52,293 bases of DNA, taken from an uncultured Acidobacteriota bacterium. Lineage in GTDB: Bacteria > Acidobacteriota > Blastocatellia > RBC074. The stretch spans positions 1-52,293 of the forward strand of contig CAIOZW010000103.1 in assembly GCA_903862855.1 (NCBI GenBank), given 5' to 3'. Below are positions 1-11,000 of this stretch, one piece after another. A program made the position numbers and the translations under genes. Below the pieces are notes generated by a model. That model saw only the letters and a program-made list of their open reading frames with translations. It searched no databases and was not told the origin of the DNA. How positions within the stretch are numbered: the first letter of the stretch is position 1; the number at the start of each line of letters is the position of its first letter.

Positions 1-1
1 C

Positions 2-1825
2 TTTCCGACCGGAGGCTTCATCTATGGCCGTGAGGGTATCCGTCAGGCCTACGAAACAGGTCGGGGCGTCATGCAGATTCGTGCCCGTGCGGCGATCGAC
101 AAGGTCGGTCGTGGCGCCCAGGAACGTGATGCGATTGTCATTACCGAGATTCCCTTTCAGGTCAACAAGTCGAAGCTGATTGAACAGATTGCCGATCTGG
201 TCAATGAGAAGAAGGTCGAGGGTATCTCGGAGATCCGGGATGAGACAGATCGGGAGAGTACGGCGCAGAAGAAGGTTCGGGTCGTGATCGAGCTGAAGCG
301 CGATGCAATGCCACAGATCATTCTGAACAAGCTCTACAAGATGACCCAGATGCAGGTCTCCTTCGGGGTCATCAACCTTGCCATTGTCAATGGGCAGCCA
401 AGGGTTCTGACGCTGGTTGACACGCTGGGAGAGTTTATCGCCTTCCGCCGTGAGGTTGTGCGCAACCGGACCATCTATGACCTGAAGAAGGCTCGTGCCC
501 GGGCCCATATCCTCGAAGGACTGATCAAGGCGATCGATATCATCGACGAGATCATCAAGCTGATCCGCCGTTCGCGGTCGACTGATGAGGCAAAAGAGGG
601 GCTTGTCAGGCAGTACAAATTCTCGGAGATCCAGGCTCAGGCGATTCTTGATATGCAGTTGCGGCGTCTCGCGGCACTTGAACGCCAGAAGATAATCGAT
701 GAATACGCCGAGGTCATCAAACTGATTGCCGAGCTGGAAGAGATTCTTGCCAATGAGAAAGTCCTGCGCAGTGTGATCATCAAGGAGTTGCGGACAGTTC
801 AGAAAGACTACGCTGATGAGCGCCGTACCCAGATTGTCGACAGTGGAGTCGAGTTGACGCTCGAAGATCTCATCGCTGACGAGGATGTCGTGATCACCCT
901 CACCCATTCCGGATATGTCAAGCGTACTCCGACCAATACATACCGGGCGCAGAAGCGTGGGGGGACCGGTCGGCGCGGAATGAGTACGCGTACCGAAGAT
1001 GTCGTCTCTCACATCTTCATCGCCTCAACGCACAGTTATCTGATGGCCTTCACCTCATCGGGCATGGTCTACAAGCTGAAGGTTCATGAGATTCCTGATG
1101 CGAGTGCAGCCGGACGGGGGAAGGCGATCGTCAATCTGATCAATCTTCCATCAAGCGAAAAGATTGCGGCAGTCGTCCCGGTGCGCGATTTCACCGCTGG
1201 AACATACGCGGTCATGGTGACCCGACTGGGAGTGATCAAGAAGACCGAACTCTCTGAATTTGCCAACATCAGATCGAACGGGATCATTGCAATCGGGGTC
1301 GACAGTGGCGATGAACTCATCTCGGTCGAAATGACCGATGGGCAGAAGAAGATATTTCTGGCGACCCGTGATGGCATGGCCATCTGTTTCCCGGAGGATG
1401 AGGTTCGAGACATGGGGCGCCAGGCACGAGGTGTGCGGGGTATTACTCTCCACGAATATGACTATGTGGTGAGTGTCGTTGCTGTCACCGGTAATGAGCA
1501 GATGCTGACCGTGACAAGTCTTGGGTATGGAAAGCAGACGCGACTTTCGGAGTACCGTGTCCAGTCTCGTGGTGGCAAAGGTGTCATCAATATGAAGACG
1601 ACTGACAGGAACGGAAAGGTCGTTGCCGTAGTACCGGTCAATCGTGAAAGCCAGCTCATGGTTATCACTTCGCAGGGCAAACTGATTCGTCTCGAGGCTG
1701 ACGACATTCGCAATACCGGACGGAGTGCCCAGGGAGTCAGACTGATCGAAGCCTCTGGCGGGGATGTTGTTGCCAGTGCTTCGCTGGTTGAACAGCAGAC
1801 CGGTCAGGTGGAAGAAGAGGCGTGA
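2..1825 (+). CDS. gyrA: DNA gyrase subunit A, C-terminal ~608 codons (5' end outside window)
   Basis: The reading frame is open from the window edge (FPTGGFIYGREGIRQAYETGRGV...). It has a GyrA-box-like QKRGGTGRRG, repeated beta-pinwheel blade pattern and an acidic tail EQQTGQVEEEA. Confidence 0.95.
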   Translation, partial: FPTGGFIYGREGIRQAYETGRGVMQIRARAAIDKVGRGAQERDAIVITEIPFQVNKSKLIEQIADLVNEKKVEGISEIRDETDRESTAQKKVRVVIELKRDAMPQIILNKLYKMTQMQVSFGVINLAIVNGQPRVLTLVDTLGEFIAFRREVVRNRTIYDLKKARARAHILEGLIKAIDIIDEIIKLIRRSRSTDEAKEGLVRQYKFSEIQAQAILDMQLRRLAALERQKIIDEYAEVIKLIAELEEILANEKVLRSVIIKELRTVQKDYADERRTQIVDSGVELTLEDLIADEDVVITLTHSGYVKRTPTNTYRAQKRGGTGRRGMSTRTEDVVSHIFIASTHSYLMAFTSSGMVYKLKVHEIPDASAAGRGKAIVNLINLPSSEKIAAVVPVRDFTAGTYAVMVTRLGVIKKTELSEFANIRSNGIIAIGVDSGDELISVEMTDGQKKIFLATRDGMAICFPEDEVRDMGRQARGVRGITLHEYDYVVSVVAVTGNEQMLTVTSLGYGKQTRLSEYRVQSRGGKGVINMKTTDRNGKVVAVVPVNRESQLMVITSQGKLIRLEADDIRNTGRSAQGVRLIEASGGDVVASASLVEQQTGQVEEEA

Positions 1826-2715
1826 CCGTGAACCCCCAGCCTCGCGGATGGAGAATGATGCCGATTTTGCTCAAGATCAGGAACCAGGCCTCTGACCAGG
1901 TTTGGAAGGGTCAACGGTGGCTGATTCTGCTCCTGGCGGCCGTTGTCATTGCTGCCGGCTGCTCCCGGGGAGAACTGCTCGAGCAGGCTCAGCAGGCCTG
2001 GGACTCGGGAGATTATGGCGCGGCCGCCGATCTCTATGAGACTTTTCTCCGAGAGAAACCACAGAGTGAAGAGTCCGCACAGGTTCGCTACCGCGTTGGT
2101 ACGATCTGTGCGAGAGACCTTCGTCAGTACGAGCGGGCCATCGAGCACTTCATCCGGTTGATCGAGGATCATCCTCGATTTGGAGAGATACGTGATGCCC
2201 GGTTGCGGCTGGCGGAGTGTTACGCCGCCGTTGGCAAGAGAGATGAAGCGATCAGTGAGTATGAGGGGGTTCTGCCGCTGGTAAGTGATGAAAAAGAGCG
2301 TCGCCGCTTGCGTCTCAACGTCGCCGAACTCTATTATGAGGACAATGATATGCGGCAGGCGATTGTCGAGTACACAAAAGTAGTCGCCCCTGCGTATGAT
2401 GATCTTTCCGAGCGCGCTCAACTCAGGATCGGGCAGCTTCATTATCTTCGTGATGAGTTTGAAGAGGCCGTACCTGCGTATCAGATGGTGATCAATAATT
2501 CAAAGGATCCGGTTATCAGGCGTGTTGCACAACTGGGAATGATCGACTGTCACGAGAGGGCACTCCAGTACGATCTTGCAATCAAGGCTGTTGAAGAGTT
2601 AGAGGCAGATCCCAAGGCCCCGGATTTCAAGTCCCGGCGCATCGATGAGATTCGTGAAAAACAGCGACAGCGCAGCATGGTTCCTTCGTCCCGCGTCGAT
2701 TGGGCGACCAGGTAG
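1822..2715 (+). CDS. TPR-repeat lipoprotein (YbgF-like tetratricopeptide protein)
   Basis: Lipobox LLLAAVVIAAGC is followed by several TPR-like helical repeats (AADLYETFL, AECYAAVGKRDEAISEYE...). The GTG at 1822 overlaps the gyrA stop (GTGA). Alternative ATG starts lie at 1855 and 1858. Confidence 0.75.
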   Translation: MTVNPQPRGWRMMPILLKIRNQASDQVWKGQRWLILLLAAVVIAAGCSRGELLEQAQQAWDSGDYGAAADLYETFLREKPQSEESAQVRYRVGTICARDLRQYERAIEHFIRLIEDHPRFGEIRDARLRLAECYAAVGKRDEAISEYEGVLPLVSDEKERRRLRLNVAELYYEDNDMRQAIVEYTKVVAPAYDDLSERAQLRIGQLHYLRDEFEEAVPAYQMVINNSKDPVIRRVAQLGMIDCHERALQYDLAIKAVEELEADPKAPDFKSRRIDEIREKQRQRSMVPSSRVDWATR

Positions 2716-2777
2716 ATCGGCCAGTCAGATGGCCAGTGTGGATAGTCCGACAACATCCACCCATTCCCGGAGTAAAT

Positions 2778-3125
2778 ATGACAATCAGCAGGAATAGACA
2801 TCCGGTCAGAAATTCATCTGGTCAGGGCGGAGAAGGGAAGCCTGCCTCGAAGAAGGCACGTAAAAAGGCTCCCGCAAAAGCTCCCCGCAAGTCCTCTGAC
2901 CGCACCTCGCTCTCAAATATTGAGAACACCGGACGTGAAGTTGCATATCTTGATGACCTGATGCGCCGTGAGGTGGTCGTCGCGATCGTTCTCGGATCCG
3001 GTGAATTGATAAGGGGCTACGTTCGCTATTTTGACCGTGACGTCTTCAGTGTCGGACCACTCGATGGCGGACCGAAGATCTTTCTTCGCAAGGACAGCGT
3101 AAGGTATCTTTACGAAGAGGAGTAG
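2778..3125 (+). CDS. Sm/Hfq-fold-like RNA-binding protein with Lys/Ala/Pro-rich basic N-terminal tail
   Basis: ATG at 2778 is preceded by GGAG. The C-terminal ~65 aa resemble Sm1/Sm2 segments (VVVAIVLGSGELIRGYVRYFDRDVFSV ... IFLRKDSVRYLY). The N-terminus reads KPASKKARKKAPAKAPRK. Confidence 0.6.
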   Translation: MTISRNRHPVRNSSGQGGEGKPASKKARKKAPAKAPRKSSDRTSLSNIENTGREVAYLDDLMRREVVVAIVLGSGELIRGYVRYFDRDVFSVGPLDGGPKIFLRKDSVRYLYEEE

Positions 3126-3128
3126 GTT

Positions 3129-5996
3129 GTGGAAATCCCCCTCTATCTCCCCAGCCAGTCTTTATCATCAGACTTTCGCCAGCGCCTCTTCTGCAAGCCA
3201 AAAGCATCGATCCTCAGGATTCTCTTCGTCCTTTTGCTGAGCCTATGGATCTCACTTCCAGTTGTCGCCCAATTGACGGGTGGCTTTGAGATTCTTTCTC
3301 CATCCGGGCAGCCCGTTGCCGGGGTTCGGTTGCTGTTGCTAAGCAGTCAGCAGACCCTTGTCTTTGACGGATTTACTGGTGCTGATGGTCGAGTTTTGAC
3401 CGGAGTCATCGCCCACGGCGATTATCAGCTCAGCCTCTCCCACCCGGATTATGGTACGGAGAGCCGTTCAATCTCCATAGAGAGTGAGACCGATCAGCTG
3501 CGTCAGCTTCGTCTCACAAGTTCGCAGATACTGCGGGATCAGCTGACGGTGACTGCTTCGCGTGGATCGGTTGAAGAGGTCGACGACTCACCCCGCCTGG
3601 TCGTGGTCAGGGAACGTACCGATCGGGAGGGGCTACCATTACCGACGATTGGTCATCTGCTTGAATCCGCCCCTGGTGTTCATCTTCAGCAGAGCACCTT
3701 TGGACAGGTCTCACCATTTCTCCGTGGGTTGACCGGATATCAGGTGCTCAATCTGGTCGATGGGATCAGATTCAATAACTCAACTTTTCGTTCCGGGCCG
3801 AATCAATATCTGACATTCGTTGAGCCCTCTCAGGTTCAGCGACTCGAGGTGATGCTGGGACCAGTCAGCTCACAGTATGGAAGTGACGGTCTTGGCGGGG
3901 TGATAAATCTGCTTACCGATTCACCTCGATTCCGGACGAAGAGTAGAACGGACGACAGAGAGTCGATCAATGGTCAACTGGTCTTGAGCGGGGCTTCTGC
4001 CGACCTCTCGAGTGGAGTTGAAGGTCGATTGACCGGCGGCAACGACCGGGTTGCCTGGCTCGGAGGTTTAAGTGGTCGTCGACATGGCGATCTGCGTCCC
4101 GGACAAGGATTTGACTCGCGCCACGTTTTACGCCGTTTTCTTGGGCTTGACCAGCCCCTGATTGGTGATCTGGTCGGCTCGCGACTTCAAGATACTGGGT
4201 TCGGGGCCACAGGATGGCACGGCAAGCTCTCCTTCAAGCTACCCCTCAATCAGTTTCTCACTCTTCGGTATCAGCACGCGGAGCTCTCAAATATCCGCGC
4301 ATACAAGGATCTGCAGGGCGGGCTTGGAAGGCTTCGCTCTGATGTTGAACCACAGGTGCTTAACTTGCTCTATGCCCGATATGAGCGGCTGGGCTGGGGG
4401 CGTTTCGATTCGGTTACTGGTAGCTTCTCGATCAACTCACAGCAGGACGGTTCCGCACGGCAGGGACTGAAGACGACCGACCTGATTATCCGTGATCGAA
4501 ACAGGGTCGATTCGATAGGTTACATTGGCCAGTTCACGACCCACCTCGGCTCGCGAAATGGGCTCATTGGTGGTGGTGAGTTATATGACGAGCGAATAGA
4601 CGCTCTGCGTAATGAAACAGATCCCCTCACCGGACGGATAACCCAACGCCGCGCTCTCTATCCCAATGGCTCACGATATCTGACATCCGGACTCTTCATA
4701 CGCGACACCTTCGATATTCTCAGAAAGCCTGATTATTCAAGGCTGCGAGCAGTGGCCGGCTTACGATACTCCCGAATCGGCTATCAGACCCGGGCTGATC
4801 GTAACCGTGATTCGGCGGGACGAGATCTCGGAGTTGTCGACTCGCGGCTCTCATTTGCCGATCTGACTTGGGATTCGAGTCTTACCTGGCAGCTCACAGA
4901 AAAGGTCACTCTCTTTGGGCTTGCTGCCCGCGGATTTCGAGCTCCCAACCTGAACGATATTGGCGCACTTGGGTTGAACGATCTCGGTTATGAGGTTCCG
5001 GCGCTCGGAGCGGTTGGGCTGGGAGGTCTGGTCGGCACAAGTGATGGTGAAGGGGTTGGTACAAATGGACGTTCAGTACTTCCATTGAAAGCGGAGAGAC
5101 TGCATAACTTCGAGTCAGGACTGATCTTTCGGAGTGATCGTCTCACGTTGCGTAGCAATCTCTTTCACGCGACCCTGACCGATCCGATTGTTCGCCGCAC
5201 GCTCCTCTTTCCAGCTGACCGTATCCCGACTACACTCAGCGGCATTGCCGTCACTCCGCTTCCGCAGACCGCACTCCAGCGCAGCCAGAATGTTGTCGGC
5301 GTGGCGACCCCGCTCGATGCCCGTGGCGTCAAGTCGTTTCTCAATGAGGGCCGAATCATCTATTACGGTCTGGAGACCAGTCTGCGTTACTCACCGTGGC
5401 GCGGAATCGTCATAGATGGAAATTATGCCTACCTCGTTGGTCGTGAGGTCAATCCAAACCGTTATGTGCGCCGGTTGCCACCTCAGCAGGGAGCGATTAC
5501 TCTCCACCTCCAGCCGCGAGGTGGTCTCTGGTTCGATCTGACGACGATCGTCAGTGGTCGGCAGGAGAGGCTCAGTGGAGGGGATCTCTCGGATGAACGA
5601 ATCGGAGCTTCGCGCCGTCGCCGTGATATCTCCGATTTCCTGACCGGTGGATTCGTCCAGACTTACATGCTGCCTGGTGCGGATGGAAGACCCGGCACAC
5701 TTGACGATATCTTCAAGCCGACTGGAGAGACTGTCACTGCTGTCCGTGATCGACTCCTTCCGCTCGGGAGGACCATCAACGGAACCCTCGTCGTCGATGA
5801 TGCGACTCGTGTCCCACTCTTCACGTCGACAAGTGGCTATGCCGTGTTCAATCTTAGCGCTGGCATCAGTCTATGCGATGGACTTTCACTCAATTTTGCA
5901 CTCCGTAATATCTTCGATCGAAATTACCGACTCCATGGATCGGGTATCGACGAGCCGGGATTGAATGGAGTCGTTGGAATCCGGTTCAGTTTCTGA
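3129..5996 (+). CDS. TonB-dependent outer-membrane receptor with N-terminal carboxypeptidase-regulatory-like domain
   Basis: It has a signal peptide and a CarboxypepD_reg-like segment (ADGRVLTGVIAHGDYQLSLSHPDYG). The plug motifs are present (LESAPGVHL, FLRGL, VDGIRFN, RLEVMLGPVSSQYGSDGLGGVINLLT). The C-terminus ends in an aromatic residue (...GIRFSF). Start codon is GTG. Confidence 0.9.
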   Translation: MEIPLYLPSQSLSSDFRQRLFCKPKASILRILFVLLLSLWISLPVVAQLTGGFEILSPSGQPVAGVRLLLLSSQQTLVFDGFTGADGRVLTGVIAHGDYQLSLSHPDYGTESRSISIESETDQLRQLRLTSSQILRDQLTVTASRGSVEEVDDSPRLVVVRERTDREGLPLPTIGHLLESAPGVHLQQSTFGQVSPFLRGLTGYQVLNLVDGIRFNNSTFRSGPNQYLTFVEPSQVQRLEVMLGPVSSQYGSDGLGGVINLLTDSPRFRTKSRTDDRESINGQLVLSGASADLSSGVEGRLTGGNDRVAWLGGLSGRRHGDLRPGQGFDSRHVLRRFLGLDQPLIGDLVGSRLQDTGFGATGWHGKLSFKLPLNQFLTLRYQHAELSNIRAYKDLQGGLGRLRSDVEPQVLNLLYARYERLGWGRFDSVTGSFSINSQQDGSARQGLKTTDLIIRDRNRVDSIGYIGQFTTHLGSRNGLIGGGELYDERIDALRNETDPLTGRITQRRALYPNGSRYLTSGLFIRDTFDILRKPDYSRLRAVAGLRYSRIGYQTRADRNRDSAGRDLGVVDSRLSFADLTWDSSLTWQLTEKVTLFGLAARGFRAPNLNDIGALGLNDLGYEVPALGAVGLGGLVGTSDGEGVGTNGRSVLPLKAERLHNFESGLIFRSDRLTLRSNLFHATLTDPIVRRTLLFPADRIPTTLSGIAVTPLPQTALQRSQNVVGVATPLDARGVKSFLNEGRIIYYGLETSLRYSPWRGIVIDGNYAYLVGREVNPNRYVRRLPPQQGAITLHLQPRGGLWFDLTTIVSGRQERLSGGDLSDERIGASRRRRDISDFLTGGFVQTYMLPGADGRPGTLDDIFKPTGETVTAVRDRLLPLGRTINGTLVVDDATRVPLFTSTSGYAVFNLSAGISLCDGLSLNFALRNIFDRNYRLHGSGIDEPGLNGVVGIRFSF

Positions 5997-6131
5997 TTTT
6001 TGCGTTGTGTCTGGCCGGGAGGGTGTCTTGCAACGCCTTTCGTCGGTATTGTAATATCCTCAAAGTTAAATTGTTATCTTCCCGCAGCGGGAAACCCAGA
6101 ATCCAGAGTGAACTGGAAGGAGCTTGAACCA

Positions 6132-7382
6132 ATGTCCATCCGCGGTAAACTGACGCTGATCACGGTATCTGCCTTTATTGTCATCTACTCGGTGATTGGC
6201 GGAGTGCTGCCGAGATCTTCCAATCCGATTGTCCGGGCGTTGGCTGATCCGGGACCATACCCGCAACTGCGCATCTTCGAAGAGGTAGTTCGACACATTG
6301 TCAATGACTATGTTGAAAAACCAAACCTCGAGAAGGTCCGTGTTGGGGCACTGCGGGGACTTGCCGACGGGCTCGATCCATACAGTGCCTACCTTCTTCC
6401 TGCTCAGGTCACCGAGTATCTGGCGAGTAAGGACAAGGGAGATACAACCGGCCTGGTTATCGGTCAGTACTCTGGTTTCGCCTATGTGATCGCCATTGTT
6501 CCCGGTTCGCCAGCTGAAAAGGCGGGTCTTCGAGTCGGTGATGTGATCGAGTATATCAACGGTCAGGCGACGCGTGATCTTGGCCTCTACGATGTGAAGT
6601 CGCTCCTCCTCGGGCCCGTTGGGACTCCAATCGAGCTTTCGTTGATCAATCGCAAGACTGCGAAGTTGAAACTTGTTCCAGGGATCGTTCCCGCCACACC
6701 TGTGGAGAGTCGCCTTCTCGAAGGTCAGATTGGCTATCTCAAACTTCCGATACTCAACAAGGGGGAGTCGGTAAAGGTTGGGGCCGCGATTCGCGAACTG
6801 CTCAAGAAGGGCTCCAGATCGATTGTTCTCGATCTTCGTGGATCGGCTGGTGGAGATACAGGTGAAGGAATTGCGGTTGCCGACTATTTTCTTGGCAGCG
6901 GGACGATCGTCAAACTTCTTGGCCGTAATGAGAAGGAGCTCAAGACATTCAGTGCCGTACCGGAGAACGATCTGACCAGTCTGCCTGTGGCCGTAGTCGT
7001 TGACCGGACTACTGCCGGTGCCTCCGAGATAATCGCCGCTGCCATTCTTGATAACAAGCGGGGTGAAGTGATTGGCGAACGAACTGTCTTTGGAATGAGT
7101 GCTGATCAGCAGCTCTTCAAGATGAACGACGGGTCAGCCATGCTACTCACCGTGGCCCGGTATGCCTCTCCGGCCGGGAAGCCATTTATCGGCGATGGGG
7201 TAACTCCGAACATCGAGGTAAAGAGACCTGATCTGGCCGAGGTCAATGAAGATGAAGCGCAGGCTCCGACTCCTGACAACGGTGCTCCGACCCCGCCTGT
7301 GGTCGTTGCTCCCAAGCCCGTTGATGATGTCATGCTCAAAAAGGCTCTCGAAACGATTCGTGACCGGATGAAAAAGTCATAG
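6132..7382 (+). CDS. S41-family C-terminal processing peptidase homologue with PDZ domain
   Basis: ATG at 6132 follows GGAAGGAG. It has an N-terminal TM helix, a PDZ segment (VPGSPAEKAGLRVGDVIEYINGQ) and S41 core motifs (LDLRGSAGGD, TTAGASEIIAAAILD, GERTVFGMS). The ORF-track extension back to 6000 looks non-coding. Confidence 0.85.
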   Translation: MSIRGKLTLITVSAFIVIYSVIGGVLPRSSNPIVRALADPGPYPQLRIFEEVVRHIVNDYVEKPNLEKVRVGALRGLADGLDPYSAYLLPAQVTEYLASKDKGDTTGLVIGQYSGFAYVIAIVPGSPAEKAGLRVGDVIEYINGQATRDLGLYDVKSLLLGPVGTPIELSLINRKTAKLKLVPGIVPATPVESRLLEGQIGYLKLPILNKGESVKVGAAIRELLKKGSRSIVLDLRGSAGGDTGEGIAVADYFLGSGTIVKLLGRNEKELKTFSAVPENDLTSLPVAVVVDRTTAGASEIIAAAILDNKRGEVIGERTVFGMSADQQLFKMNDGSAMLLTVARYASPAGKPFIGDGVTPNIEVKRPDLAEVNEDEAQAPTPDNGAPTPPVVVAPKPVDDVMLKKALETIRDRMKKS

Positions 7383-7421
7383 TCACAATTGATTGACTGG
7401 CTCGAAATCAGAGTAACAATG

Positions 7422-7469
7422 CAGGCCGGAAGGGTTGTTGATCATACCTTCCGGCCTGATTGGTTTTTA
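7422..7469 (+). terminator. Rho-independent terminator after the S41 peptidase gene
   Basis: A 12-bp perfect stem (CAGGCCGGAAGG / CCTTCCGGCCTG) is followed by ATTGGTTTTT. Confidence 0.75.
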
Positions 7470-7576
7470 TGGGCCGACTGAACCGGAAGGGGAAGATGGA
7501 ATAGACCAGGATTGCTGGCTCTTCTCCACTGGTCAATTCAGAGGAGGCGCCGGAAGCAGGAAGCTCATTAGCTGAG

Positions 7577-8044
7577 TTATCTTTCGTGTCGAAGCTCCCG
7601 AATGATGAGGAGCAGCGCCCCTGTCATCGCTCCACCCATCAGCCAGACAGAGATTCGATGGAGCAGGTTGAATTTTATCCGCAAGGGATCCTCAGCTGCG
7701 AGCAGAGCAATCTCACCATTGACCATCAGTCGGATCTCGTGGAGACGGGTGGCAACGAAAAGTCTGGCGACAATCATACTAATGGTCATCAGCAAGGTGA
7801 CACTAATTGAAGACCAGTCCAGTTCTCCAGTCTTACGCCAGGAGACGATCCAGGAACTGATCAGAAGAAGGCCAATGATGATTCCGGTCGTCTCGGTGAT
7901 CGCCAGCGTTCGAGTAACGACAGCCCCTGAGAGTCGCTGGTCGGGTAGTACAGAGAATGCGGCCGGAGCAGTGATCAGGCTGAAGCTGCACATCAGCCCC
8001 ATCCAGATGGCGGTCAAAGTCAATCTCAATCGATCCAGGTTCAT
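7577..8044 (-). CDS. small integral membrane protein (about 4 TM helices; DUF4149/TMEM205-like is a guess)
   Basis: Hydrophobic segment pattern. A GAGG RBS lies upstream. The start is 21 nt downstream of the SNF2 gene stop on the same strand. Confidence 0.6.
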   Translation of the reverse strand: MNLDRLRLTLTAIWMGLMCSFSLITAPAAFSVLPDQRLSGAVVTRTLAITETTGIIIGLLLISSWIVSWRKTGELDWSSISVTLLMTISMIVARLFVATRLHEIRLMVNGEIALLAAEDPLRIKFNLLHRISVWLMGGAMTGALLLIIRELRHER

Positions 8045-8065
8045 TTGATAACCTCGTCTTGCAGC

Positions 8066-11000
8066 CTAGCTGAAGAGCCCCTCGATATCCTCCGAGGTGA
8101 GCGATTTGAAGAAGCCTGCTTCGGTTGTGATAAGCTGAGTGACCAGGGATCGTTTCCGCTCCTGAAGCTGAAGGATCTTCTCCTCGACTGAATCCTTGAT
8201 CATCAGCTTATAGATAAAGACCGGTTTCTCCTGTCCGATCCGGTGGGCCCGGTCAGAGGCCTGCATCTCGACCGCCGGATTCCACCACGGATCGACATGG
8301 ATCACATAGTCAGCCGCGGTCAGATTGAGGCCAACTCCACCGGCCTTGAGACTGATCAAAAAGATTCCAATTCTCTCATCCTGCTGAAATTCATCAACCC
8401 TCTTCTGACGATTGGTGGTTGAGCCGTCCAGGTAGGCATACTCGATGCGTCGTTTCTTCAGTTCCTTTTCGATCAGTTTGAGCATCTTGACGAACTGTGA
8501 GAAGACGAGGATCTTGTGCCCCTCAGCCCGGGCGGTCTCGATTGTCTCGAAGAGTGCCTCCATCTTGGCCGATCCGCCTGCATAGCTGGTTTGGATCAGT
8601 TTCGGGTGATTGCAGATCTGACGAAGTCTCAGCAGGCCCTCCAGAATCCGAAACCGTGCCTGCCTGACGCCATTCTCCTCAATCATCTTCAGCAGCAGTT
8701 GCCGGTAATGCTCACGGGTCTGATTGTAGACTGTTCGCTGTTCCGGTTCCATCTCTCCCCAGAGTATCTTCTCCGTCCGCGGTGGGAGATCGCTGATGAC
8801 CTGGTCCTTGGTCCGTCTGAGGATGAAAGGATAGATGAGACGCTTCAATGTCTTTGTCGTCACCTCATCATTCTGGCGTTCGATCGGTCCAATGAACTCC
8901 TCACGGAAATACTCCGATGAGCCGAGGAGCCCAGGATTGAGAAACGCAAACTGTGACCAGAGTTCAAGTGTGCTATTCTCCACCGGGGTTCCGGTAAGGG
9001 TGAGTCGATGCCGGCAGTTTATCGCCCGGGCTGCTTTGGCCGATTCAGAGACCGGGTTCTTGATGGCCTGAGCCTCATCGAGAATCGCCGTGTCAAAATG
9101 AAAATCGCGCATTCTCTCAATTTCGCGGATGAGAATACCGTAGGTTGTGATCACCAGGTCATAGTTATTGAACTTATCGATAGTTTCACTCCGCTGGCCG
9201 TGGGCGAAGTCCAGAATGCGGAGTGTCGGAGCGAACCTCTCCGCTTCGCGAATCCAGTTGGTTACGAGAGAGCGGGGAACGACGAGCAGGTTGACGCTTG
9301 GCGGCTCTTTTCTTCTCTTCGCGCTGTCTCTCTCTTCCGCTTCCTCTTTCAATGAGAGCAGGAAGCTGAGTGTCTGGATAGTCTTACCAGTTCCCATATC
9401 ATCAGCCAGACATCCACCGAACCCTGCTTCGCGAAGGAAATGGAGCCACTCAAAACCAGCCTTCTGGTAAGGTCTCAGTTCGCCTTTAAATGACGCAGGT
9501 ATCTCACGCGAAGCAATCCCGTCAAAGTTCTTCAGCCATCCCCTCGCAATCTCGAATTGTCGATCGGTCTTCACGAGGTCGCCATCATTGAAGAGATCGT
9601 CGAGCAGGGCAATGTGGTGGCGGGAGACACGAAAACCGCTCTCAATCTTCTCACTCAGGCCAAAGAGGTGGCGGTACTTCTCGAGCCACTCCGTCGGAAT
9701 CTCCCCGATCGACCCATCGGCCAGTTTGACATAACGCTCATCACGTCTGAGAGCACGGCGCAGGCTTTCAATCGGTACCTGCTGATCACCCCACGCGATG
9801 ACCGCTTTCAGATCAAACCAGTCGATTCCCGAAGATACCTGGAATGAGATGGTCGGTTTGGAACGGTTGATTCTTGAGCTCAACTCCGATTCGCCAAAAA
9901 CCTCAAAACCCGCCTCGGCGAGGAGAGGAATATGGCGGGTCAGAAAGTCGAAAGGATGAACTCCTTTGCGGAGAAGGAAGATATCCGGGTCGGATTGATC
10001 ACGGCGACTTCCGCTCTTCAGGCCACTGAAGGCTGTATCCAGCTTGTCATACCACTGCTGCTCCAGCTCGACGACTCGTTCGATCCGCTGGGTGAGGCTC
10101 TGCTGCGGATCATATGAAAAACTGTATGGTGGCACCCTCTTGGTTGACCTTATTTCGAAATCACCATAGCCAAACCGAAGCGACACACGCAATTCCTGAT
10201 TTGTCTCTATCAGATAGAGGCGAGGGATCGGGTCGGTTCGGGGCAGATCGAGGATCTGTCCGGCATCCAGCGCAAATGGAAGTTGGCGGGTCACCTCAGG
10301 AAGATGATTCTCGTAGAACTCTTCGATGGCTTCACTGGGTACCAGAACGGAGCCATTTTTGTGCAGATTACCAAAGGTATCGCCAGACAGATCCATCTGA
10401 AAGAGGGTCGACTGATAGCAGAACCAGCTGCTTGTTTCGTGAATTGTCAGGAGTTCGCTGTTGGTTAGATCGACCTTGCCTTCAGGTAGAACGGCGTTGG
10501 TCCTTACTTCAAGCCCGGTCTGGTTGTGTTCAATCGTGATACTTACGGGGACCTTGCCCGTCAGAATTTGCAATCTTCGCCCCAGTGGCCTGTATGATTC
10601 ACCGAGGAAGACCAGTTCATTGCCCAGGCCCTCCCAAAAAAAGACGGGTGGAACAGAGTAGTTGACCCGATTGAAGTGGATCTGATCGAGCGCAGACTTC
10701 AGCAGCAGTATTGAAATCGGACTCTGATTGCGGATTTGCAGTTTTGGGATATCGACCGACTTGACCTCTTTTACCTTCTGGCTGAATTCGATCTCGGCGG
10801 ACCTCTCCTCGAGGTATTCAGCGAGTTGATCCAGCTTGCTCTCCGGGCCCGTCAGGTGGGGAGGAATCGGGAAATCCCGGATCACATAAGGTACCATCTC
10901 CCAGATACCATAGTTCCTGATAAGTGAGAAGAATAGTATCGATGGTTCGACATTGGCTCTGTTTTTGCGGGTTGTCGAGGGTTTGGAGCTGATCAGTCGC

